From: a bacterium
GTDB lineage: Bacteria > JAMOTN01
NCBI GenBank assembly: GCA_027062325.1
Contig: JAMOTN010000032.1
Location: 1 to 42,132 of the forward strand
DNA length: 42,132 nucleotides
Direction: 5' to 3'
Shown: positions 1-8,769 of the stretch, piece by piece
How the letters are laid out: the number at the start of each line of letters is the position of its first letter
Position numbering within the stretch: position 1 is the first letter of the stretch
Notes under the pieces: generated by a model
What the model saw: the letters and a program-made list of their open reading frames with translations, nothing else
Told to the model about the DNA's origin: nothing
Database searches by the model: none
Made by a program: the position numbers and the translations under genes

Positions 1-404
1 CCCAGTTTCCAGTGTTCTTCGATGCTTCATTTAGGGAGAATATGTTTGTTGAAGAATGGAGCGAGGAGATACGAGAAAAACTGGAAAAGTTGTTTATGAG
101 ATTTGAGGTTTATGATAGGTTTTCAAAATACCTTGAAAATCCTGATAGTAGGTTCTTACCTGAGAGGTTTTCGGGAGGTCAACTTCAAAGACTTGCTTTA
201 ATAAGGGCACTGCTTCTAGAGAGAGAGTTACTGTTGTTGGATGAGGCAACTGGAAATTTGGATTCAAAAACAGAAGAGATGGTTTTGAGCTATTTAAAAC
301 AAACTGGTAAAACAATCGTTTTTGTTACGCATAGGTTAAAGGCGTTGGAGGTATCTGATAGAATTTACAGGGTTGAAAAAGGATATGTTTTTGCAGAAAA
401 GTGA
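1..404 (+). CDS. ABC transporter ATP-binding domain, C-terminal part (5'-truncated by window edge; exporter type)
   Basis: Frame is open from the window start (QFPVFFDASFRENM, Q-loop-like). Signature FSGGQLQRLALIRA, Walker B LLLLDEATGNLD, H-loop VTHRL. Confidence 0.9.
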   Translation, partial: QFPVFFDASFRENMFVEEWSEEIREKLEKLFMRFEVYDRFSKYLENPDSRFLPERFSGGQLQRLALIRALLLERELLLLDEATGNLDSKTEEMVLSYLKQTGKTIVFVTHRLKALEVSDRIYRVEKGYVFAEK

Positions 405-449
405 AGGGCTGGCTTGAGTGAAAGGATACCCCAGCCAGCCCTGATTTTT
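405..449. terminator. Intrinsic terminator hairpin between convergent genes
   Basis: Perfect 10-bp inverted repeat AGGGCTGGCT (405-414) / AGCCAGCCCT (433-442), followed by GATTTTT. Lies right after the ABC gene stop and downstream of the convergent lipoprotein gene. Confidence 0.75.
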
Positions 450-478
450 CAGAATTTTACTTAATGCTGTTGTGAACT

Positions 479-1933
479 TTACCAGGACAGTTTGATAGTT
501 TTCATCTTACCAAAGGCGTCCGCCGAGAAAAATTTGTTGTCTCCCAAGTAGTACAGTTTTGCAATGTCCTCTACTTTTCCAGAAGCTTCGGGAGTAAGTT
601 CACTGTTCTTAATAGTTGCAACAAGTAGTTTACCAAACATAATATTTACAATGACCTTGTTTGTTTCAAGTTCGTATATATCTGCAACTATGAGGTTTTG
701 AAGAGCATCTTTAAAATTCATTGGATCTAACTTCGTAATACTTCCAAATTTAAGATTACTATATGGAATAAATGCTAGGTTTCTATATTTTTTGTACTCT
801 TCTCCATGAAAACTCAGTAGCTGATCACTTTGCATTAAAGCTAGCTTTTCACTTTTTGGAAGAGGTGTAATTTTTCTCGCATAAGAGGCTAGCTCAATGA
901 CTGTCCATCCTTTTTTGTCGTCAACAATTAACCACCTTTTATAAAGATCAGTGTTGCCTACAGTTTTGCAATCATCGCTAAAATCTGAGGGAAGCGCAAT
1001 AGCTACAGAAATAGGAGCTTCGTAACCGTACTTTGGAATAAAGTTTTCTATCTTGGTTAACTTTAAAGTGTCCAAAGACATGAGATAAGTTGATTTTTCA
1101 TCGCTGTTGTAAAGAATTGCATATTTGTTTGTAGAAGTTAAAGGTGAAGTGTCTTTTGGAAGCTTAATTGCATTTTTGAATTTCAATTTTGAATCCAGAG
1201 CTATGGCGTATAGGCTTTCTTTGTCAAGTTTTTTTCCATCAATAATAGGGGCAGTTTGCCAGCTTGTTTCGACTAACAATACGATTGATGGAATACTTTT
1301 AATATCAGTGTTGACTACATTCGGAATGTATAAGTTGCGGATAGTTAGATCTGAGCTGAAATCCCTTGAGACACTTTGACTGGTTAGTAAATTATAAAAC
1401 TTGAGTTTTTGGGAGTATTGTACTGCTAGCCATGGTCCAAAGCTGGCACACGCTATATATTTTTCAAACTTTTGATCTTTCTGAATAATTACTGCGTCTG
1501 GAGTAAAAGCACCTATCAATTTGAAATTTAGGTTTTTATCAAATTTTTCGAGGGAGTTTGAAGCAAATGAGAAACTTTTCCATTTACCATAGACATTTGA
1601 TTCTTCGCGGAGATAATCGCTTGAAGAAAATAAATCTGTAGATACTTCGATTTTTGAAATATCCTGAACAGTTATCTTTTTCAAATTGAGCTTATCTAAA
1701 GTTTCACCAGAAAGTTGTTGACCAAGCTTTTTGAAGTCATTAATACTCATTCCGCTTTTTTTTAGAGCTTCTTGAGCTGCTTTATAGCGAGCTGAGGCTT
1801 CTTTGGTGATCTTTTCTTTTTGAGTAGTTTCTGTGTTAGAAGTTGAAGTTGGATTTGAAGGGTTTTGGGAAGCGCCGCATCCTGAAATTAAAAGTGTAGT
1901 TCCCAATAGTAGTAAAATAAAGTAACTTTTCAT
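479..1933 (-). CDS. Hypothetical lipoprotein, probably beta-rich
   Basis: 484-aa ORF with AGGAGG RBS, signal peptide II with lipobox LISG-C and a Ser/Thr/Asn linker. No recognisable catalytic motif. Confidence 0.75.
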   Translation of the reverse strand: MKSYFILLLLGTTLLISGCGASQNPSNPTSTSNTETTQKEKITKEASARYKAAQEALKKSGMSINDFKKLGQQLSGETLDKLNLKKITVQDISKIEVSTDLFSSSDYLREESNVYGKWKSFSFASNSLEKFDKNLNFKLIGAFTPDAVIIQKDQKFEKYIACASFGPWLAVQYSQKLKFYNLLTSQSVSRDFSSDLTIRNLYIPNVVNTDIKSIPSIVLLVETSWQTAPIIDGKKLDKESLYAIALDSKLKFKNAIKLPKDTSPLTSTNKYAILYNSDEKSTYLMSLDTLKLTKIENFIPKYGYEAPISVAIALPSDFSDDCKTVGNTDLYKRWLIVDDKKGWTVIELASYARKITPLPKSEKLALMQSDQLLSFHGEEYKKYRNLAFIPYSNLKFGSITKLDPMNFKDALQNLIVADIYELETNKVIVNIMFGKLLVATIKNSELTPEASGKVEDIAKLYYLGDNKFFSADAFGKMKTIKLSW

Positions 1934-2016
1934 AAGAATCCCTCCTTGAGATTAAAAATACTGACCTTTTCAAATTCTAACAAAATTTTTGAACTAAATG
2001 TAGGTGATAAGTGTTG

Positions 2017-2022
2017 TATAAT
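2017..2022 (+). promoter_or_regulatory. Candidate sigma70 -10 box for the peptidase operon
   Basis: Perfect TATAAT 37 nt upstream of ATG 2059 in a divergent intergenic region. No convincing -35 at 17-bp spacing. Confidence 0.35.
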
Positions 2023-2058
2023 CTTATAAACAAGGCACTTTCTAAGGAGGTGTTGAAC

Positions 2059-3147
2059 ATGGAGTTGAAAGAGTATTTGAGGCAGAGGTTGGAAGAGCTA
2101 GTCAAATTGAAGGCTGAAAGTTTGGAAGAGAGACCGGTTGCAGACTACATAATATCTTGGGCAAGGGAGAAAGGCTTTGAGGTTGTGGAGGATAACGCCG
2201 GCAAGATAGCAGGATCAAATGCTGGTAATGTAATAGTTAGAAGGCCACCACGTGGCAAAGATAAATGGGTTATGTTATGTGCGCACATGGACTCGGTGAA
2301 GCTTTCCGGTGATGTAGAATACGTATTTGAGGGAGATGTTATGAAATCTACGGGAAAAACTATACTTTCAGCAGATGATAGAGCAGGTATTGCTGCCATT
2401 ATGTACATCTTTGAGAATGCGGATAAGTTGGGGATAGATGTTGGACTTGAAGGTGTTTTTACCATAGCAGAAGAGATTGGATTGATTGGAGCAAAGAATT
2501 TAACGGAGAAGTTGAATTCAAAAGTTGGCTTTGTGTTGGATAGCGAAGCGGATCCTGGATCGATAGATGTAGTAGCTCCTTATCACGATAAGTTTGAAGC
2601 TGTGTTTAAGGGTAAAGCTTCTCATGCTGGTGTTGCTCCAGAAGAGGGAAAGAGCGCAATAGTTTCTGCTGCTAGGGCTATTGCTGCTGTTGAGTGGGGA
2701 AGAATTGATGAGGAGACAACTTGCAATGTGGGAACGATCAGTGGAGGAGAAGCAGACAACATAGTTGCTCCTTCATGTAAAGTTACTGGAGAAGCACGTA
2801 GTAGAGATGAGAAAAAGTTGATGGAACTTATGAATAGGATAGAGAATGCTTTTAAGTCTCAGGAATGTGAAGTTGAGTGGAGACACGAGAGAGAATACGA
2901 TGGATACAACCATTACGGTTGTGAATTGGAAAGTGTGTTTAAGGAGGCTGCACAGGCTGTGGGTGTTGAGTTTAAGTGGGTGCCTACTGGAGGAGGAAGT
3001 GATACGAATGTTTTCAATGCGCGTGGAGTGAAGACTTTCAATGTTGGTATAGCTATGAAAAAACCTCACACTAATGAGGAGTACATTGACTTATCTGAAC
3101 TTGCTAAAAGTACAGAATTTCTAATTGAGATATTGAAAAGAATTTAG
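2059..3147 (+). CDS. M20 family metallopeptidase (peptidase T-like)
   Basis: AHMDSV, ADDRAG, AEEIGL, GKASHAG, GGGSD and C-terminal PHT..E motifs. Start moved to ATG 2059, which follows AAGGAGG. Confidence 0.9.
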   Translation: MELKEYLRQRLEELVKLKAESLEERPVADYIISWAREKGFEVVEDNAGKIAGSNAGNVIVRRPPRGKDKWVMLCAHMDSVKLSGDVEYVFEGDVMKSTGKTILSADDRAGIAAIMYIFENADKLGIDVGLEGVFTIAEEIGLIGAKNLTEKLNSKVGFVLDSEADPGSIDVVAPYHDKFEAVFKGKASHAGVAPEEGKSAIVSAARAIAAVEWGRIDEETTCNVGTISGGEADNIVAPSCKVTGEARSRDEKKLMELMNRIENAFKSQECEVEWRHEREYDGYNHYGCELESVFKEAAQAVGVEFKWVPTGGGSDTNVFNARGVKTFNVGIAMKKPHTNEEYIDLSELAKSTEFLIEILKRI

Positions 3148-3175
3148 TGCTGTATTTCATTGGGAGGGAAGTGCT

Positions 3176-3751
3176 TTGAAAAGTTGGAAATTTTTAAGGA
3201 GAATGAAGATATATGAAGGAAAGATTAGTCGTTTTTTTCTAGATGAGTGGGAGGTTGATGGCAAGGTTTTATTGTTTGAGGTTTTGGAAGCAGGAGAGGC
3301 TGTGGCGGCTTTACCTGTGGATTGCTCAGGAAAGGTTTATCTGATAAAACACTATCGTCCAGTTGTAGGACGCTACTTGGTGGAGATTCCTGCAGGGCGT
3401 GTTGATGAGGGTGAGGAGTATGAGTTTGCGATTAAACGGGAGCTTGAAGAAGAGATAGGTTTTAGAACTAACTTTCTAAGGAAAATTCACTCTCTTTATC
3501 CTTCGGGAGGAATACTCAAAGAAAAGTTGCATGTGTTTTTGGCAATAGGAGAACGTGCTTTTGAAGTTAAGCATGAAGATGCTGAGGATATAGAGATACT
3601 AAAATTTGATTTAGAAGAGCTTGCAGAGAGGGAATTGACAGAGCTAGGGTTAGGAGAAGATAGTGTGGATGGTAAGACATTGTTGGTTTTGCTTTGGTTG
3701 AAGGTGAATTTTGGACAAATTAGAAGATTGTTGGATGAAAGTTGTAAATAG
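3176..3751 (+). CDS. Nudix hydrolase, ADP-ribose pyrophosphatase-like
   Basis: Nudix box EIPAGRVDEGEEYEFAIKRELEEEIG, plus YPSGG..E and DGKT motifs of the ADPRase subfamily. Confidence 0.88.
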   Translation: MKSWKFLRRMKIYEGKISRFFLDEWEVDGKVLLFEVLEAGEAVAALPVDCSGKVYLIKHYRPVVGRYLVEIPAGRVDEGEEYEFAIKRELEEEIGFRTNFLRKIHSLYPSGGILKEKLHVFLAIGERAFEVKHEDAEDIEILKFDLEELAERELTELGLGEDSVDGKTLLVLLWLKVNFGQIRRLLDESCK

Positions 3752-3765
3752 AATGGGAGGATAAT

Positions 3766-4107
3766 ATGGAGCTCTATACGGCGTTTTGGTTGAGCTGGAT
3801 GCTTCTGGGATGTCTTGCAGTTGTTTTAATGGTGTTTTTGGTAAGGTATTTTAAGTGGAGAAGATTAGGTTACAGAGATGAAATGGTGGAGTTGTTTGCA
3901 ATACTAAAAGACAATTCTCAGGAAGCAATTACCATAAAAAAAGAGATATTTGCTAAAGTGGGGCTTAATCTAAAGGATGATGAGGTTAGGTATCCTGCAG
4001 TTGAGAAATACTTTGAGGAGTTGGGAAGGCGCTTGTTGCTGGAGCATTTAAGAACCGAAAGGAAAGATGAAGAAGTTGTTGTTCAGGAGGGAAAGGAAGG
4101 TGGGTAA
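3766..4107 (+). CDS. Hypothetical membrane-anchored protein
   Basis: GGGAGG RBS, N-terminal hydrophobic helix, 113 aa, overlaps the next gene. Confidence 0.7.
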   Translation: MELYTAFWLSWMLLGCLAVVLMVFLVRYFKWRRLGYRDEMVELFAILKDNSQEAITIKKEIFAKVGLNLKDDEVRYPAVEKYFEELGRRLLLEHLRTERKDEEVVVQEGKEGG

Positions 4108-4666
4108 AGAGGATATATTTTATGTTCTTGTTGGATTTGTTGTTACGGTACTCATACTTATTTGGTTCAAGGGAGAGAAAGAGATTGATAGGATACAAAA
4201 GCAGTACACACGGACTCTTATGGAGATGGATAAAAATTCCAAAGATAAGGGTTATATGCATTCGTCTGTTGGAGTGCGCTCAAGGAGAATTGAAGCTTCT
4301 TCACTTAGGCAGGAGCAGAATTACTATTGGAATATGAATCTTTTGGAGAAAAGAATAAATTTTATTCAAAAAATTCAGAAGGCAAACAAGAAAAAAATGG
4401 GCTCTGCCACTTCTACTGGTGGCATAAATGATGTTAAGTTTGCTAATGAGTGGGAGAGGCTTTATTTTATGGGAAAAGTTGCGTTTTACAATGGGGATTT
4501 AAGAACAGCACGTTATTACTTTGAGAAGTTGGCTAAAGGGCCAGAGAATTGGCGGCAGAAGGCAGAACGAGAGCTAAAGTTTATTAAAAATTGGCCCAAG
4601 TGGAAGGGAAAATTCACAGTTGAGGAGATATACGGGGTGAAGAAAATTGGGAAGGAGAGTAAGTAG
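4100..4666 (+). CDS. Membrane-anchored protein with a C-terminal TPR-like helix pair
   Basis: Likely GTG start at 4100. TM segment IFYVLVGFVVTVLILIWF. TPR-like LYFMGKVAFYNGDLRTARYYFEKL. Confidence 0.65.
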   Translation: MGKEDIFYVLVGFVVTVLILIWFKGEKEIDRIQKQYTRTLMEMDKNSKDKGYMHSSVGVRSRRIEASSLRQEQNYYWNMNLLEKRINFIQKIQKANKKKMGSATSTGGINDVKFANEWERLYFMGKVAFYNGDLRTARYYFEKLAKGPENWRQKAERELKFIKNWPKWKGKFTVEEIYGVKKIGKESK

Positions 4667-5039
4667 TTTTAAAGGACAAAAGGCTTTTACTTTTTTGCAG
4701 GTTATGCTTGCAGTTGCAGTTGTTGGTGTTTTAGGATTGGGATACTTTTTGATTTACAGTTTAAACTTTAAGATGAGTGAGTGGATTGAGGCTAATACTT
4801 TAGCTTACATTGCTGCGGTTAATGTTTACAACTACTACTATCCCAGAGTTCCGAATGCTGGTGTTATAGATGATCCGAATATTCTGGGACGAAAGTTTGT
4901 AGTTAAGTACCGAGGAAAAGTTGAAATTAAAGTATCGCATATAAGTCAACGAATAGCACGCGTCAAGTTAATGGTTAAGTGGAAAGTTGGCAGAAAAAAT
5001 GCTCAAAAGACGCTAACCTATGCGGTTGCAACTATTTAA
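4647..5039 (+). CDS. Prepilin-like protein (class III signal peptide; minor pilin/pseudopilin)
   Basis: Basic leader then KA|FTFLQVMLAVAVVGVLGLGYF, with Gln instead of Glu at +5. Short beta-rich C-terminus as in GspI/PilV-type proteins. Confidence 0.65.
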   Translation: MGRRVSSFKGQKAFTFLQVMLAVAVVGVLGLGYFLIYSLNFKMSEWIEANTLAYIAAVNVYNYYYPRVPNAGVIDDPNILGRKFVVKYRGKVEIKVSHISQRIARVKLMVKWKVGRKNAQKTLTYAVATI

Positions 5040-5073
5040 AAGTATGTGCCATGGATTGTTAGAGGTGATTGGA

Positions 5074-5610
5074 TTGAGAAAAAACTTAAAGTCTTTTACA
5101 CTACTGGAAGTTTTGATAGCTGCTGCAATTGCAGCGTTCATGATAGCACTTGTATTGGGAATATGGAGAAGACAACTCCATCAAAGTGCGTTTTTGCAAG
5201 ATAGATCTGAGAAATTGGCTGAACTTGAGCGTTTTGTCAAAGATTTTGTTGGTGCGTTTTGGATGACACAGCCTCCTGTAGTTATAGATAAGAAGTTGTT
5301 TCTTGCAAATTCTGGGGAGGCGAAGGGTGGTTGGGCGGGGGCCACTCTTATTGTTACTACAGCCGAGATTCGGCTTCTTGGTGGGAGGGTGTTTGGAGAT
5401 AAAGAATTAAAAGCAGAGGATGTGAAAGTAGTGTTTAAGCAACCAACTTGTGAGATAGATTTTTATGTGAATGGGAAATTGAAGAGGAAGGTTAGGTACA
5501 AGAATTGGAATATTTTATTCGAAAGACACGGAAAATTTTTAAAAGTTAATCTCTATTCAAAAGATATGAGAGTTGAGTTTGACTATCGAATACCAATGTG
5601 GTTCAACTAA
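5074..5610 (+). CDS. Prepilin-like protein (GspJ/PilW-like minor pilin)
   Basis: MRKNLKS|FTLLEVLIAAAIAAFMIALV, a canonical FTLxE motif. TTG 5074 after GAGGTG chosen as start. Confidence 0.78.
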   Translation: MRKNLKSFTLLEVLIAAAIAAFMIALVLGIWRRQLHQSAFLQDRSEKLAELERFVKDFVGAFWMTQPPVVIDKKLFLANSGEAKGGWAGATLIVTTAEIRLLGGRVFGDKELKAEDVKVVFKQPTCEIDFYVNGKLKRKVRYKNWNILFERHGKFLKVNLYSKDMRVEFDYRIPMWFN

Positions 5611-5613
5611 GGA

Positions 5614-8004
5614 GTGGGATCTGTGAGAAAGGTTGTGGTTCTTCTTGCATTTTTGGGAGTTGTGGTAGCTGCTAATTTCGAAGATTATCTCAACTTGATT
5701 GATAAATTGGTTAAAAGAGGAGATTACTTGGTTGCGGAGAGGCTGCTTTTACCGTTCAGTTCTGAAAATGATCCAAGAGTGCTTTATAAACTTGCAACTA
5801 TTTGGTTTTTAGAGGGGAAGTTTTCACAGGCAGAGTTAATGTTAGCTTCGCTTCCTAAAAAGGATGCAGAGATTTATCTTATGTTGTTTGAGATATACAC
5901 GTTTGAGAAAAACTATGTGAAAAGAAAGGAAATTTTGGAAAAAATGCCTAATTCTGCAGAAAAGTTATATTGTGAGGCTTATGTGGAGTATGAAAAAGGC
6001 AACTACGCGAGGGCAATTGAGCTTGCAAGGAGAGCTTTGGTGTGGGGAACAAGTGCTGGTGTAGCAGAAGGGGCTAGCGTAGAGGTTAAGGCGGGTAAGG
6101 TGATAAAAAATGAGCGGATGAAGAATATGGGCGATGCCTATAAAGTGAGTGGGAAGCTTTTGAGAAAGATTAGAAAGCTTATGGCTGCTGCGTATTACGA
6201 GCTTGGGGATTACGAATCTTATCGCAGTTTAATTGAACAGATGGCACGTGTTTACAAGTTCAAAGCAAATCCGTGGTTGGATGTGATGTTGTTTCCTGCT
6301 GATTGGAGGAAGTGGATGGCTGTTGGGGATAGGTTTTTGGAAAAAGGAGATGTTGTGAGGGCATTGTATGCTTACCGTATGGCTGCAAAGCTTACTAACA
6401 ACCCTGAGGTTTTGTTTGGTCTAGCCAATCTGAATTGGAGGTTGGGAAATAGAAGAAAGACTGTGATAATCCTAAGAAAACTTTTGAATAGATGGCCTGA
6501 TTGGGATAAGGCGATTGAGTTTGCAATAGAGGTGGCGGTATCCATTCCAGATGTTGGATGGTTGAAAGAGGTTGACACGTTTGCTAAAGAGGCAGGGAGC
6601 GACTTGAAATATTTGAGTACTGCTTTCTTGGATATTTTTTATGGAAAGTACGAGGACGCTGAGAAAGAACTTTCTAAGGCAAGGTTGAGTGCTCTCTACT
6701 ACTTTGCTAAGGGATTTCTTGCTTTTCAAAGAGGACTTTATCTGGAGGCATTGAATGCTTTTGATAAAGCTGGGAAAAAGGGAAAGTATTGGAAAGCACT
6801 TGTTTTGACTAGAAGCGGAAATGTGGAAGAGGCGTTGAAAATTTTGACTGAAAATGCTGATTTTACAGATATAATGTGGCGAGAAGCGTTTTTGCGAGTT
6901 GTTGAGAAGATGCCTCCTGAGATTGCAATGGAGTATGCCAAGGTGTTTGGTGGGGTAGTTGGAGGAGATGTAGGGGGAGCAGTAAAGGTTCTTGGAGAAG
7001 AGGAGGTAATTGGAGCTAGAGATATGCAGATATTATCTGATAGATCTGGGATAGGGGAAATTTTGGTGGGAGAGACTGTAGAGGTTGGAGAAGATAGTGA
7101 TAAATTTGCTGTATTTGGAGGTGTGGGTGCTGACAAAAAAAAGAGAGGAAAGAATAGGGGGAAGAAGAAAAACAGGAGTGGTAGTGGAAATAGTAGAGTA
7201 GGCAAAAAAGGAGCTGGGGAAAAAGGTGGAAGTGTTGTGGAGAGAAAGATGTATCGTGAGTTTTTGGATCAAATTGAAGATGTGGCAAAGAGAGGAAATG
7301 TTGAGGAGTTTGAAAAGCTGAAAGAATACTTGCCGTACAGTTTGAGAAAATTTGCTGAGTTTGTTTGGATGGTGGACAATCTTCCTTATGGAAAGGTGGA
7401 TATGAATCTTGCAAAGAGTGAAGGAGGAATAAGGGCAGTCGGAGAGAATGGGAAAGGGCAGGGAGATGGAATAAGAAGATATGAAGGTGAAAGGATGGAT
7501 GTTGGGGATGTAGAAGCGTTTATAAAGGAGAATGAGGTATATCTTGCTGGGATTGATAAGTACTGGTATTACAAAGCTCTCTATTACCTTAAGGTGTTTG
7601 CCACCGAAGAAGCAGAATTTAGCATCTTGGTTGCGGATAAATTGGGATTGGATGTTGGAGTTTTAGAAAAAGAGCTTCAAGGTTTGAGTAAAGTCAATGA
7701 TTACGTAGCTAAGGTTTACTCCGAAGAGTTAGATGGTGTGGCTTGTATTGGCATATTGAAAGAGCTTTATAGTTTGGAATTGGGAGAAAGAGAGGATGAT
7801 TACAGGCGTGTGATTGAAAGAATGGGAATTGCATTTCAAAGAGCAAAGAAGACTGCTTTGTTCAAACGTGATAGATTAGTAGTAAAAGCATTTAGGGCTC
7901 TCAAAAATGCTGATCTTGATGGTGCAAAGAGGTATTTTGAGGAGGCGAAAAAGTTATACGGTTTATTTAAAGGTGAGAAGAAAGTATTTGAAAATATAAA
8001 GTAG
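5614..8004 (+). CDS. Large exported TPR-repeat protein with Gly/Lys-rich insertions
   Basis: Signal peptide (VVVLLAFLGVVVAA) and many TPR-like units (e.g. EAYVEYEKGNYARAIELARRAL, AKGFLAFQRGLYLEALNAFDKA). Confidence 0.8.
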   Translation: MGSVRKVVVLLAFLGVVVAANFEDYLNLIDKLVKRGDYLVAERLLLPFSSENDPRVLYKLATIWFLEGKFSQAELMLASLPKKDAEIYLMLFEIYTFEKNYVKRKEILEKMPNSAEKLYCEAYVEYEKGNYARAIELARRALVWGTSAGVAEGASVEVKAGKVIKNERMKNMGDAYKVSGKLLRKIRKLMAAAYYELGDYESYRSLIEQMARVYKFKANPWLDVMLFPADWRKWMAVGDRFLEKGDVVRALYAYRMAAKLTNNPEVLFGLANLNWRLGNRRKTVIILRKLLNRWPDWDKAIEFAIEVAVSIPDVGWLKEVDTFAKEAGSDLKYLSTAFLDIFYGKYEDAEKELSKARLSALYYFAKGFLAFQRGLYLEALNAFDKAGKKGKYWKALVLTRSGNVEEALKILTENADFTDIMWREAFLRVVEKMPPEIAMEYAKVFGGVVGGDVGGAVKVLGEEEVIGARDMQILSDRSGIGEILVGETVEVGEDSDKFAVFGGVGADKKKRGKNRGKKKNRSGSGNSRVGKKGAGEKGGSVVERKMYREFLDQIEDVAKRGNVEEFEKLKEYLPYSLRKFAEFVWMVDNLPYGKVDMNLAKSEGGIRAVGENGKGQGDGIRRYEGERMDVGDVEAFIKENEVYLAGIDKYWYYKALYYLKVFATEEAEFSILVADKLGLDVGVLEKELQGLSKVNDYVAKVYSEELDGVACIGILKELYSLELGEREDDYRRVIERMGIAFQRAKKTALFKRDRLVVKAFRALKNADLDGAKRYFEEAKKLYGLFKGEKKVFENIK

Positions 8005-8717
8005 TGGAATGGATATGGAGTGATAGTATTTTGACAAGGTTTTTTGTGAGGTGTAGAGTGCCTGGATGGGCTTTTTCAGATAAAGAGCTGGTATTGGAAG
8101 TGGATAAAGGAGAATTTGTATTACTTGTGGGTGAGAATGGAATTGGAAAGACAACATTTTTGCGTGCAGTTGCAGGTGTGAATGATGTATTTGGAGAAAT
8201 AGAATGTGTGGAGAGCAAAATTGATGTGGAGAAAGATAAAGGAGTTTTTTTAGGATTTGTATGGAATGAGGAGTTGTTTGATAGGAGATTGAGTGTTCAA
8301 GAAAATTTAGAGTTGTGTTTTGGTAGAGAGTGGGGAAAGGTGTTTGATGAGTGGAAGCAGAGAGTTGGATTTGATATAACGCCTAGTATGTTATTTGGAG
8401 GATTATCTAGGGGTGAGAGAATTTTACTTGAGCTGATTCGTGAATTAGAGATGATGAGAAGGGAGGGTATTGAACTGAAAAAAAGTGTTGGTGTTGAGGG
8501 TGGAGGAAAAAGTGTTGATTTTAAGAAGAAAGAATTGGTTTTGTTCGTTGATGAGGCTTTTGGAAATTTAAGTGAAGAGTGGTTGGATGAGGTATTGAAT
8601 GTTTTAAAAGAGAGGTATGTAGCGTTAGTGTTAGCCTCTCATAATAGAGCTAGATTTGAAAGTATTATGGACAGAGTGGTAGAGTTTGAGGAGTTGCTCT
8701 GTTATGCTAGCAATTAG
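8004..8717 (+). CDS. Divergent ABC-type ATP-binding protein, no adjacent permease
   Basis: Walker A GENGIGKTT, altered signature LSRGE, Walker B LFVDEAFGNL, H-loop ASHN. GTG start overlaps the previous stop. Confidence 0.8.
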   Translation: MEWIWSDSILTRFFVRCRVPGWAFSDKELVLEVDKGEFVLLVGENGIGKTTFLRAVAGVNDVFGEIECVESKIDVEKDKGVFLGFVWNEELFDRRLSVQENLELCFGREWGKVFDEWKQRVGFDITPSMLFGGLSRGERILLELIRELEMMRREGIELKKSVGVEGGGKSVDFKKKELVLFVDEAFGNLSEEWLDEVLNVLKERYVALVLASHNRARFESIMDRVVEFEELLCYASN

Positions 8718-8769
8718 GCTGTTAATTAATGACGATCTTGATGATTGGATTTAAGTAGGGGTGAACTTA

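Noticed and set aside
1969-1993. TTCAAA...TTTGAA inverted repeat in the divergent promoter region
   Set aside because: Short and AT-rich, so expected by chance.
8704-8754. 16-codon ORF (MLAIRLLINDDLDDWI) with a GAGGAG upstream, in frame with the 4-Cys protein across a TAA
   Set aside because: The downstream gene has its own RBS-like GGGGTG and ATG at 8770, and TAA is used as a normal stop throughout. No support for readthrough or a real peptide.
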